NCBI GenBank assembly: GCA_964404165.1
Contig: CAYOIZ010000018.1
Location: 20,164-84,163 of the forward strand
Direction: 5' to 3'
DNA length: 64,000 nt
Source of the DNA: an uncultured Candidatus Binatia bacterium
Lineage (GTDB): Bacteria; Desulfobacterota; Binatia; DP-6
Below the pieces are notes generated by a model. The model saw only the letters and a program-made list of their open reading frames with translations. It did not search any database and was not told where the DNA came from. Each line of letters starts with the position of its first letter. Position 1 is the first letter of the stretch. Below are positions 33,101 through 41,071 of the stretch, piece by piece. A program made the translations under genes and the position numbers.

Positions 33101-35050
33101 CGAGGCGTCGTCGACACCGTCCTCGGCGTCCACGCGCGTGACCTGTGCCGCCGGCGACAGCGGCGGTGGATCGATCCGGACGCACACGCCGCGACCACGG
33201 AGATGCCGCACGGCCAGCGTCGCCGCGGCGTCGTCACCGCCGTCGAGCTGCGCCAGGTCGCCGAGGAGCGTCAGCCGTTCGAGCGTGATCGTCCCCGGAC
33301 GGTCGAGCGGATCGAGGCGGACGCCGGTGATGCGCCCGCCCCGGCCCCAGCCGGTCTCGTGCAGGTCGAGCACCCAGGTGTGCATGGCCCCGTCGGCGTC
33401 GACGGCCCACGTCACGCTCGCGGCCTCGTGGAAACCACCGCCGCCGCACGCCCAGAAGAGCTGCGCGTGCGGCGCCGGCACGTCGGCCGTCACCGCCATG
33501 CGCACCAGCACCCACCGGTAGGCGTCGCCGTCGATGTCGAGGGGCGGACTCTGGAGTGCCGGATCGGCGTCACCGGCGCGGTAGCGACCGTCTCCCAGCA
33601 CCTGGAGCCCCGGCGACGGTTGCCAACCGCCCCATTCCGCAGCGTCGCGAGCCAGGGTGCGCAGCACGGGCACACTGGTGCTGATCCGTTCGCTCGTCCC
33701 GGCGTCCACCTCGCGCAGCACCGCCTCGAACGGATCGGCCGCGACGGGTTGTCCCCAAGGAGCCACCGCACGCACAGGGTACTCCGCCGGCGGACGCCCA
33801 CGCACCAGTGACCAGGCCCGACGCACGTGCTCGCCCCGTGTGAGCGGTGGCGGGCCGCCGACACCGGGCTCGAGCGACAGCAGCGGCGGTGGCGCCGGGG
33901 TCGCGCGCCCTGCGAGCGGACCGAGGAGCGCCACGAGGCGACCCTCGTACGCATGCTGCGTATGCGCCGCCTGCACGGCGGCCCGGGCGCCCCGCCCCAC
34001 CGCGCGGCCGACCTCGGGGTCGAGCGCCTGCCGGATCTTCCCCTCCCACTCGTCCTCGGTGTCGGCGAGGAATCCCGCCTCGCCGTCGACGATCGCAGCG
34101 CGAAACGGTTCCGTGGGCGTGGCCACGACGGGAACGCCGAAGATCCCGGGCTCGAAGAACTTGAGCGCGCTCTTGGCGTCCGCGAACGCGTTGCGGACCG
34201 CCATCGGCGCGAGCGTGACCGCGCACCCCGCCACCGCCCACGGGTAGACCCGCCAGTCCTGGTAGGGCACCTGCACGACGCGATCCGCGAACGGTCGCAT
34301 CGCGGCGGGCAGGTCGACGAACCCGCACACCAGCAGACGGACGTGACGGTCGTCGATGAGGATGCGCGCCAGCGCGCCGCTCACGACCGCGAAGTCGCGA
34401 TCGTGCGTGTTCGACCCGCTCAGATACGCGATCGTCGGCGGCGACATCCGGCCGCGATGTCGCAGCCACCGCGCCAGCTGCTCGTACGCCGACGGCACCA
34501 GGTTCGGGTGCAGGATCGCGTCGCGACGCCCGAGCGCCGCGGCGGCGCGCACCAGCGCCGGCGTGCTGCCGACGAACGCGTCGCAGGCGTCGAACGTCCG
34601 GCGCAGGCGGCGGAAGCGGTCGCGGTATTCGCGTTGCGCACTGGGCCGGAGGTCGCGCAGGAAGCCGAGGAGCGGCTCGAACGCCGGGTCGAAGATGAGA
34701 TCGTCGATCTCGAAGACCGGCGTCGCACCCTGGCGGCGAATCGCGAGGAGCAGCGCCTCGACGCGTGCGGTCCACGGCAGCCGGAACAGCACGACGACCG
34801 AGTACGCCGGCAACGCGGCCAGCAGATCGGGGTCGCCGACGTGCATGACGTTCGCGGGCACGCCCGCCGCCCGCAGCTGCTCGGCACCGTGGGCACAGCG
34901 ATAGCGGTACGACGCACCCCAATCGTCCGTCACCCACAGCACCCGCAGCGGGCCGGTCGCCTCCGGCCGCGGTGCGACGGCGCGGGGCCCGGTGCTGCTC
35001 GGCGGGGGGCCTTCCGACACCGATGGCGACTGGACTGGGGAACGCTGCAT
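30197..35050 (-). CDS. giant multi-domain glycosyltransferase (GT4-like / beta-module / GT2 / GT4 / beta-module), 1617 aa
   Basis: N-terminal GT1/GT4-like domain (GVPVVATPTEPF ... FLADTEDEWEGKIRQAL). Central GT2 domain (VDIVVPIFNARTD ... VDDASTD ... LLNSDTIV). C-terminal GT4 domain with E-x7-E motif (PETFSYTLSEALVAGVPVVVSD). Two homologous non-catalytic modules share the HAQ[LV][FY]WA and [VL]R[LF]DP..GT[IV].L motifs. Confidence 0.8.
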   Translation of the reverse strand: MQRSPVQSPSVSEGPPPSSTGPRAVAPRPEATGPLRVLWVTDDWGASYRYRCAHGAEQLRAAGVPANVMHVGDPDLLAALPAYSVVVLFRLPWTARVEALLLAIRRQGATPVFEIDDLIFDPAFEPLLGFLRDLRPSAQREYRDRFRRLRRTFDACDAFVGSTPALVRAAAALGRRDAILHPNLVPSAYEQLARWLRHRGRMSPPTIAYLSGSNTHDRDFAVVSGALARILIDDRHVRLLVCGFVDLPAAMRPFADRVVQVPYQDWRVYPWAVAGCAVTLAPMAVRNAFADAKSALKFFEPGIFGVPVVATPTEPFRAAIVDGEAGFLADTEDEWEGKIRQALDPEVGRAVGRGARAAVQAAHTQHAYEGRLVALLGPLAGRATPAPPPLLSLEPGVGGPPPLTRGEHVRRAWSLVRGRPPAEYPVRAVAPWGQPVAADPFEAVLREVDAGTSERISTSVPVLRTLARDAAEWGGWQPSPGLQVLGDGRYRAGDADPALQSPPLDIDGDAYRWVLVRMAVTADVPAPHAQLFWACGGGGFHEAASVTWAVDADGAMHTWVLDLHETGWGRGGRITGVRLDPLDRPGTITLERLTLLGDLAQLDGGDDAAATLAVRHLRGRGVCVRIDPPPLSPAAQVTRVDAEDGVDDASCDFVVATTATPRLVRPGGALLVVGDAAAQAEVAGFDVVERAPGATLLRRPAGDRDGEPRVARPVDIVVPIFNARTDVIACLESVLRHARGDWRLVPVDDASTDATLTAWLDELARREPRVRLLRNDENQGFVGTANHGMREAGGRDVLLLNSDTIVSEGFLAGLQAAAYAGDGPAIASPLSNNATILSVPEFCADNPLPRGFSLDEFAALVSRTSLRRRTVLPTAHGFCMYLPAAVLETVGLFDQTHFGRGFGEENDLCERARAAGFPSVVADDVYVWHAGGASFGEAAALLTREHAETLRELHPDYFPRVARFIEENPLAPVQANLQLALHRRATDVPALLCLLHSSFDVPGGGTEHHVRDLVQGARLPRVVVAAPAPDGIHLTEVFDGRLDEAVRYRIPLTDAPVRFMLERPEMEEALRTIVALFGIGAAHLHQLCNWPVRAWRILAELGIPYVATFQDFYPVSPNVNLFDVAADRLCCLEAEGDCTACLENTFRTFGIEPPADPAAYLARHRAEFRGLFDGADRVFFPAMRTRDIVTRFQPIAPPRAMVIPHGYLEPSRRARPQARRRPLNVALLGEVAYPIKGSRNYLPLMERTRDLPIAWHVFGEAERFGYADALRGIGLRSRLVLHGWYPRDAIFERLAAAEIDLVVFLPPWPETFSYTLSEALVAGVPVVVSDQGALPERVRADGVGVVVRTVDEAVTALERLLAHPEELEAFAAAAQRFRHRSLAEMADAYRPIYTELLDRAPALAPLDLAARRRLAALHAAATPPVVLPPEVTAPTLPHYHRRWYQYYLHVAHLVPEPLRRWAREQVVARWWRTVRALRFGASQAKPDGLELVRTGGGRVTYRALHADPSFVLEVAPFRSSDVRVIRFAMRYEAPGATHAQVYWAHRTGEPFTEDKSLVIPLANGDGGWREYAVMIDQSDRRATWDDGDEIRHLRFDPINAAGTVELAEFRLCAPAER

Positions 35051-35102
35051 GTGTCCGACGGGCTGGCTACCAGAAAGGTTTTGGGGGTGCCACCCGACCT
35101 CG

Positions 35103-36260
35103 TCAGTCGAGCCGCGGCTCGTCGCGGTCGCGCCGCAGCGCCGTCCGCTCGTCGAGCCAGTCGATCTCGTCGCGCACGGCGGCCCGCTCGCGCACCAGGT
35201 AGTCGGCCACCGCGGTGCGGAACCGGACGTCGCGCAGGAAGTGCATGCTCTCCGTCGGGCGCGCGTCGAAGCCCCGCAGATGCTTGAACTCGCCGCCCGC
35301 CCCCGGCTCGAAGCGCTCGAGCCCGTGCCGGATGCAGTGCTCGATGGCGGCGTAGTAGCAGACGTTGAAGTGGAGGTGGCGGAGCGACGCCAGGGCGCCC
35401 CAGTAGCGACCGTAGAGGACGCCCGCCTTCTGCACGTTGAACGTGCCGGCCAGCACCTCGTCGCCGCGGCGGGCCACGATGAAGCACAGCCGCGACCGGA
35501 AACGCTCGGCGATCAGCGTGAAGAAGCGACGGTTCAGGTACTGCTGGCCCCAGGCCAGCTGCGCGATGGTGGTGCGGTAGCAGCGGAACATCACCGGCAC
35601 GAGATCGTCGGGAATGTCGTCCCCGACGTGGGCGGTGATGGTGATGCCCTGCGCATCGAGCTCGCGTCGCTCGCGTCGTGCCTGGTTGCGGCGCTTGCTG
35701 CGCAGGCTGGCGAGGTAGTCGTCGAAGGTGCCGAAACCCTCGTTGACCCAGTGGTACTGGTAGCCGGTGCGGCGCAGCCACCCGCGGGCGTCGAGCGCGG
35801 CGGCGTCCTCGGGCTGACAGAAGTTGACGTGCGCCGACGAGAACCCCTGCTGCGCGCAGAGATCCTCCAGCACCGCGCCGAACGCCTGCGCCACCATCGC
35901 GTGCGCGCCGGGGGCGGCGAGGAAGCGGCTCCCCGTCACCGGGGTGAACGGCACGCCGACCAGGAGCTTCGGGTAGTACGCGATGCCGGCGCGCTGCGCC
36001 GCCGACGCCCAGCTCTGGTCGAAGACGAACTCGCCCATGCTGTGGCCCTTCACGTAGAGCGGGCAGGCACCGAGCAGTCGGTCGTCGTCCCACAGCGTGA
36101 GGTGCTGCGGCAGCCAGCCGGTGTCGGGCGTCACCGTGCCGGCGTCCTCCAGCGCGGCCAGCCAGTCCCACTCGAGGAACGGCGAGCCGTCGCCCACGAG
36201 CGCGTCCCAGGCGGCGCGGGGCGCCTCCCGGATCGACGCGAGCACCCGGACGGTCGTCAC
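35103..36260 (-). CDS. DUF482/FemAB-like GNAT-fold acyltransferase family protein
   Basis: VRVLASIREAP ... FLEWDWLAALE ... PLYVKGHSMGEFVFD ... GRYWGA ... HFNVCYY matches the PF04339-type (BioF2-like/FemAB-like) family. GTG start at 36260 overlaps the LLM oxidoreductase stop (GTGA). The upstream 235 codons of the track ORF are rejected. Confidence 0.7.
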   Translation of the reverse strand: MTTVRVLASIREAPRAAWDALVGDGSPFLEWDWLAALEDAGTVTPDTGWLPQHLTLWDDDRLLGACPLYVKGHSMGEFVFDQSWASAAQRAGIAYYPKLLVGVPFTPVTGSRFLAAPGAHAMVAQAFGAVLEDLCAQQGFSSAHVNFCQPEDAAALDARGWLRRTGYQYHWVNEGFGTFDDYLASLRSKRRNQARRERRELDAQGITITAHVGDDIPDDLVPVMFRCYRTTIAQLAWGQQYLNRRFFTLIAERFRSRLCFIVARRGDEVLAGTFNVQKAGVLYGRYWGALASLRHLHFNVCYYAAIEHCIRHGLERFEPGAGGEFKHLRGFDARPTESMHFLRDVRFRTAVADYLVRERAAVRDEIDWLDERTALRRDRDEPRLD

Positions 36261-37102
36261 CCGACCGCGCGCATCGCCTCGGCGTAGGTGTCGAGCATCG
36301 GCAGCACCTTCTCGGCGCCCGCCGCCGGCAGCGCGAACACCGCACGCGACACGCCGACGTCGCGCAGCTGCTTCAGGAGATCGGCGTCGGCCGGGGTGCC
36401 GTAGACGTTCACCGAGATCGACTTCGGGTCGCGCCCCTTCTCGATCGCCAGGGCGTGCAGCTTCCTGATCTCCTCGAGCAGATCGCCCGCCCGCACGCCG
36501 ATTGGAATCCAGCCGTCGCAGTAGGCCACCACGCGCTGCAGCGCCTTCGGTCCGTGCGCACCCAGGATGACGGGCGGACCGGGCTTCTGGAGCGGCTTCG
36601 GCCACGACCAGATCGGGTCGAATCGCACCAGCTCGCCGGCGTAGCTGGCCTCGTCGTTCGTCCAGATGGTGCGCATGGCCTCGACGCGCTCGCGCAGCAG
36701 CTTCCAGCGCGTGCGGAACTCGGTGCCGTGGTGCTCCATCTCCTCGGCGTTCCACCCCCCGCCGATGCCGAACAGCACGCGGCCGCCGGAGAGCACGTCG
36801 AGCGACGCCAGCGCCTTCGCCGTCGTGATCGGATCGCGCTCGACGAGGAGACAGATGCCCGACGCCACCTTGAGCCGCTTGGTGGCGGCGGCGGCCATCG
36901 TCATCGCGACGAACAGGTCGAAGGTGTGCGAGTACTCCTTCGGCAGGTTCGGTCCCCCCGGCCACGGGCTGCGGCGCGACGCCGGGATGTGCGTGTGCTC
37001 CGGGAACCAGACCGACTCGAAGCCCCGCGTCTCCGCCTCGCGCGCCAGGTCGTCGGGACGGATCGCGTAGTGGGTGGGGAACATGGTCACGCCGAAGTCC
37101 AT
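36257..37102 (-). CDS. LLM-class (luciferase-like monooxygenase) flavin/F420-dependent oxidoreductase
   Basis: FGVTMFPT ... AREAETRGFESVWFPEHTHIP ... LFGIGGGWNAEEME. TIGR03619-like TIM-barrel oxidoreductase. Start at MDFGVTMFP. Confidence 0.8.
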   Translation of the reverse strand: MDFGVTMFPTHYAIRPDDLAREAETRGFESVWFPEHTHIPASRRSPWPGGPNLPKEYSHTFDLFVAMTMAAAATKRLKVASGICLLVERDPITTAKALASLDVLSGGRVLFGIGGGWNAEEMEHHGTEFRTRWKLLRERVEAMRTIWTNDEASYAGELVRFDPIWSWPKPLQKPGPPVILGAHGPKALQRVVAYCDGWIPIGVRAGDLLEEIRKLHALAIEKGRDPKSISVNVYGTPADADLLKQLRDVGVSRAVFALPAAGAEKVLPMLDTYAEAMRAVG

Positions 37103-37186
37103 GTCGCCCGGGCTATGCTGCCGCCCCGGTCGGGTCAAGAACGTACGCGGAGGATCCCGGGACAGCCGGGATCCTCCGCGTCGTCG

Positions 37187-38383
37187 TCAGGCCAGGTCGG
37201 CGCGACGGTACATCGTGACCACGGCGGCGCCGCCGAGGCCGAGGTTGTGTTGCAGGGCCGCCTTGACGCCGGGCACCTGCCGCTTCTCGGCCAGGCCGCG
37301 GAGCTGCCAGTTGAGCTCGGCGCACTGCGCGAGGCCCGTGGCGCCGAGCGGGTGGCCTTTCGAGATGAGGCCGCCCGACGGGTTCACCACCCACTGGCCG
37401 CCGTAGGTGACGGCACCGTCGTCGACGAGCTTGCCCGCCTTGCCCTCGGGGCAGAGGCCGAGCGCCTCGTAGGTCACCATCTCGTTCGCCGAGAAGCAGT
37501 CGTGGAGCTCGATGACCTGCACGTCCTTCGGACCGAGGCCCGACTGCTCGTAGACCTTCTCGGCCGCCTTGCGCGTCATGTCGGCGCCGATCAGCTTGAT
37601 GCAGCTCTTCTCGTCGAACGTGCTCGGGTAGTCGGTGGTCATGGCCATGCCGGCGATCTCGATGGCCTGCTTCTCGAGCTTGTGCTTGCGCACGAAGTCC
37701 TCGCTGGCGAGGATCGCGGCGCCCGCGCCGTCCGACGTCGGGCAGCACTGCAGCTTGGTGAGCGGATCGTAGACCATGGGCGCGTTCATGATCTGCTCGA
37801 GCGTGTACTCGTCCTGGAACTGCGAGTACGGGTTGTTCACCGAGTGCTTGTGGTTCTTCTGGCCGATCTTGGCGAACTGCTCGCGCGTGGTGCCGTACCG
37901 GTCCATGTGCTCGCGGCCGGCGTTGCCGAAGAACTGCGGCGCGGGCGGCGCCTGCGCGAAGCCACGCAGCGACACCATGGCCTCGAACTGCTTGTCCATG
38001 GGGTTCGTGCGGTCGGTGAACTTCACGCCGAGCGAGCCCTTCTCCATCTTCTCGAAGCCGAGGGCGAGCACGCAGTCGGCGAGGCCGCCTTCGACGAACT
38101 GCTTCGCCATGAAGAGCGCCGTCGAGCCCGTCGAGCAGTTGTTGTTGACGTTGTAGACGGGGATGCCGGTGAGCCCGAGCGTGTAGACGGCGCGCTGGCC
38201 GCAGGTGGAGTCGCCGTAGCAGTAGCCGACGGCGGCCTGCTCGACGGCGTCGTACGGGATGCCGGCGTCCTTGAGCGCCTTCTCACCGGCCTCCTTCGCC
38301 ATGTCGGGGTAGTCCCAGGCCTTGGAGCCGGGCTTCTCGAACTTCGTCATGCCGACCCCGATCACGAATACCTTGCGACCCAT
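37187..38383 (-). CDS. SCP-x type thiolase (nonspecific lipid-transfer protein-like 3-ketoacyl-CoA thiolase)
   Basis: [15 protein letters not shown] ... [18 protein letters not shown] (catalytic Cys) ... [14 protein letters not shown]. Confidence 0.85.
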   Translation of the reverse strand: MGRKVFVIGVGMTKFEKPGSKAWDYPDMAKEAGEKALKDAGIPYDAVEQAAVGYCYGDSTCGQRAVYTLGLTGIPVYNVNNNCSTGSTALFMAKQFVEGGLADCVLALGFEKMEKGSLGVKFTDRTNPMDKQFEAMVSLRGFAQAPPAPQFFGNAGREHMDRYGTTREQFAKIGQKNHKHSVNNPYSQFQDEYTLEQIMNAPMVYDPLTKLQCCPTSDGAGAAILASEDFVRKHKLEKQAIEIAGMAMTTDYPSTFDEKSCIKLIGADMTRKAAEKVYEQSGLGPKDVQVIELHDCFSANEMVTYEALGLCPEGKAGKLVDDGAVTYGGQWVVNPSGGLISKGHPLGATGLAQCAELNWQLRGLAEKRQVPGVKAALQHNLGLGGAAVVTMYRRADLA

Positions 38384-38474
38384 GCGTGTCTCCTTCTCGA
38401 GTGTGCAGAATCCGGGCAGTCTCGCCCGGCCGCACGAGCTTTTGCAACACGCGCGCGAGGACTACCATCCGGGC

Positions 38475-39497
38475 ATGCAGGTCGTTCTCTTCGACGTCCA
38501 CGAGTACGACCGGTTGGCGTTCGAGGCCGCGAACGTCGTCGCGGGCCACTCCCTGCGCTACCTCGAGCCGCGGCTCACCGCCGAGACGGCCGTGCTGGCG
38601 ACCGGCAGCCCGGTCGTATGCTCGTTCGTCAACGACCGGGTCGATGCCGCGACCCTGCAGACGCTGCACGACGGGGGCACCCGCCTGGTCGCCTGCCGGT
38701 CTGCCGGCGTCAACCACGTCGATCTCGCTGCCGCGGGTGCGCTGGGGCTCACGGTCGTCCGCGTCCCCGAGTACTCGCCACACGCCGTCGCGGAGCATGC
38801 GGTCGCCCTGATCCTGGCGCTCAACCGCAAGCTCGTCCGCGCCGCGCTGCGGGTGCGCGACTTCAACTTCTCGCTCGAGCGCCTCACCGGCTTCGACATG
38901 TACGGCAAGACGGTGGGCCTGTTCGGTGGCGGGCGCATCGGAGCCGTCATGGCACGCATCCTGGCGGGCTTCGGCTGCCACGTGCTGGTGTGCGACCTGC
39001 GGCAGGACCCCACCCTGTTGGCGCTCGGCGCCCGCTACGTGTCGCGCGACGAGCTGCTCGCCGCCAGCGACATCGTGTCACTCCACCTGCCGCTCACGCC
39101 GTCGACCCACCACGTGATCGACGCCGCCGCACTCGCGGCGATGAAGCCCGGCGTGCTCCTGATCAACACCGGCCGCGGCGCCCTGATCGACAGCAGCGCC
39201 CTGGTGCATGCGCTCAAATCCGGGCGGGTGGGCGGTGCCGGCCTCGACGTCTACGAGGAGGAGGAAGGCGTCTTCTTCGAGGACCTCTCGGATCGCGTCC
39301 TGCAGGACGACGTGCTCGCGCGCCTCCTGACGTTCCCGAACGTGATCGTCACGTCACATCAGGCGTTCCTGACCAGGGAAGCCCTGGCGGCGATCGCGCA
39401 GACGACCCTGGCCAGCGTCACCGCCTTCGAACGGGGCGAGCCGCTCGCGACCCGTGTGCCTACGCCGGGAACCGCCGCTTCAGCCAGTCGATCATGA
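38475..39497 (+). CDS. D-isomer-specific 2-hydroxyacid dehydrogenase (fermentative D-lactate dehydrogenase-like)
   Basis: MQVVLFDVHEYD N-terminus, NAD motif VGLFGGGRIGAVMARIL and a catalytic R/E/H triad region (NTGRGALID ... TSHQAF). Confidence 0.85.
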   Translation: MQVVLFDVHEYDRLAFEAANVVAGHSLRYLEPRLTAETAVLATGSPVVCSFVNDRVDAATLQTLHDGGTRLVACRSAGVNHVDLAAAGALGLTVVRVPEYSPHAVAEHAVALILALNRKLVRAALRVRDFNFSLERLTGFDMYGKTVGLFGGGRIGAVMARILAGFGCHVLVCDLRQDPTLLALGARYVSRDELLAASDIVSLHLPLTPSTHHVIDAAALAAMKPGVLLINTGRGALIDSSALVHALKSGRVGGAGLDVYEEEEGVFFEDLSDRVLQDDVLARLLTFPNVIVTSHQAFLTREALAAIAQTTLASVTAFERGEPLATRVPTPGTAASASRS

Positions 39498-40416
39498 TCG
39501 CGTTCAGCTCGGCCGGCTTCTCCTGCTGCGTCCAGTGACCGCACTGCGGGATCATGGCGATCTCGAGGTCGTCGACGATCCCCCGCATGGGCTCCGCCAT
39601 CTCGGGACGCAGCACGAAGTCCCACTCCGCCGTCACCATGAGCGAGGGCACGGTGATGCGCGCCCCGTCGAGCTGGGGCGTGGTCTCCCAGTTGCGGTCG
39701 AGGTTGCGGTACCAGTTGATGCCGCCCGTGAAGCCGGTGCGGCTGAAGGCGTCGACGAACACCTGCAGCTCGTTCTGATCGAGCAGCGGCTCGCCCAGCA
39801 CCTCGTCGCTCTCGACCATCTCCACCATGTTCCGCATCCGGCCCGCCCGCGCGATCGCGGCCTCGACCTCGGCGAGCGGAACGCCACGCCGGCCGAGCTG
39901 CGTGAAGACGCGACGCACGTCGCGCGCCAACCCCGCGTCGGGCACCTCCGGCTGCTGGAAGTGGACGATGTAGTAGTTCTCGCCGAGCATCTGCCGGAAC
40001 AGGCTGATGGGGGCCATGGGCGCGCGTGGGAAGTACGGCGTGTTGACGCCGATGACGCCGGCGGTGCGCTGTGGGTGCAGCAACGGCATCATCCACGCGA
40101 CCAGGCCGCCCCAGTCGTGCCCGACGAACACCGCCCGCTCGATGCCGAGCGCGTCGAGCATGCCCACGAGGTCGCCGGTGAGATGATGGATGTCGTAGGA
40201 CGCCACGTCCGACGGCCGGTCGGTGTCGCCGTAGCCACGCTGATCGGGCGCCAGCGCGCGGTAGCCCGCCGCGGCGAGCGCCGGCACCTGGTGGCGCCAC
40301 GAGTACCCCAGCTCCGGGAATCCGTGGCAGAGCACGACGGCGGGCCCCCTCCCCTCGTCGCGGAGGGACATGGAGATGCCGTTCGTCGAGACCGTGCGAT
40401 TCGTGAACGCGGGCAT
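39460..40416 (-). CDS. epoxide hydrolase-like alpha/beta hydrolase
   Basis: VVLCHGFPELGYSWRHQ (HGFP + oxyanion W), VGHDWGG nucleophile elbow, cap region, and C-terminal GHWTQQEKP His. Start at MPAFTNRTV. The 3' end overlaps the ldhA-like gene convergently by 38 nt. Confidence 0.8.
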   Translation of the reverse strand: MPAFTNRTVSTNGISMSLRDEGRGPAVVLCHGFPELGYSWRHQVPALAAAGYRALAPDQRGYGDTDRPSDVASYDIHHLTGDLVGMLDALGIERAVFVGHDWGGLVAWMMPLLHPQRTAGVIGVNTPYFPRAPMAPISLFRQMLGENYYIVHFQQPEVPDAGLARDVRRVFTQLGRRGVPLAEVEAAIARAGRMRNMVEMVESDEVLGEPLLDQNELQVFVDAFSRTGFTGGINWYRNLDRNWETTPQLDGARITVPSLMVTAEWDFVLRPEMAEPMRGIVDDLEIAMIPQCGHWTQQEKPAELNAIMIDWLKRRFPA

Positions 40417-40476
40417 GGGGCGGGCTTGTGGCACGCCCTCTCGACCGCACGCAACCATCCCGTCTATGCACCCGGC

Positions 40477-40896
40477 ATGGACGACACGGCGCGCATCACC
40501 GCCCTGATCCACGGCTATGCCGAGCGTATCGACGCCGGCGACCTCGACGGGGTGGCCGCCCTCTTCACGGACGCCACCTGGCGATCGCCGGGTCGGCCCG
40601 AGCCGCTGCGCGGCGCGGCGGCGGTCCGTCGCGCCTACGACGGCGTCATCCTCTACGACGGCGTGCCGTCGACGAAGCACGTCGTCACCAACGTCATCGT
40701 GGAGGTGACCGGCGACGCCGCGACCGCGCGCTCCTACTTCACCGTCTTGCAGGCGCGGCCCGACCTTCCGCTCCAGCCGATCATCGCCGGCCGCTATCAC
40801 GACGCGTTCACGCGCGTCGCCGGCGCATGGCGGTTCGCCGACCGCCTGATCATTCCCGACCTGATCGGGGACCTGAGCCGCCATCTGCGGGGGTGA
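40477..40896 (+). CDS. SnoaL-like/NTF2-fold protein (DUF4440-like)
   Basis: MDDTARITALIHGYAERIDAGDLDGVAALFTDATW ... 139 aa, NTF2-like pattern. Divergent from the epoxide hydrolase gene. Confidence 0.7.
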   Translation: MDDTARITALIHGYAERIDAGDLDGVAALFTDATWRSPGRPEPLRGAAAVRRAYDGVILYDGVPSTKHVVTNVIVEVTGDAATARSYFTVLQARPDLPLQPIIAGRYHDAFTRVAGAWRFADRLIIPDLIGDLSRHLRG

Positions 40897-41071
40897 GCGG
40901 TCCCCGCTCCGGCCTTGGCGTCCGCGCGTCGCCGTGCTCTGAGCTCACCCGACGACCCGGAGTCGCGGAGCGCAGATGCGCCAGCGCCTCGCAAACCGGG
41001 GGCGAAGGCAATCGGAGCCGGCTCGACCAATCCTCTCGCCGCGGACGCCCCGTGCCGGGTATGGTCCGCGC

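Noticed and set aside
34930-36345. 471-aa minus-strand ORF overlapping the DUF482 gene in another frame
   Set aside because: Low-complexity Arg/Ala/Pro-rich translation. The DUF482 frame carries the family motifs.
36257-37102. Claiming the LLM oxidoreductase is specifically F420-dependent
   Set aside because: Family resemblance (TIGR03619-like) suggests F420. LLM-class enzymes also use FMN, and F420 biosynthesis genes are not in this window. Cofactor left open.
36455-39538. 1027-aa plus-strand ORF spanning the LLM, thiolase and ldhA region
   Set aside because: Arg/Ala/Gly/Leu-rich low-complexity translation. Antisense to the LLM oxidoreductase and SCPx thiolase genes, which have clear family signatures. 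Treated as a GC-skew artefact.
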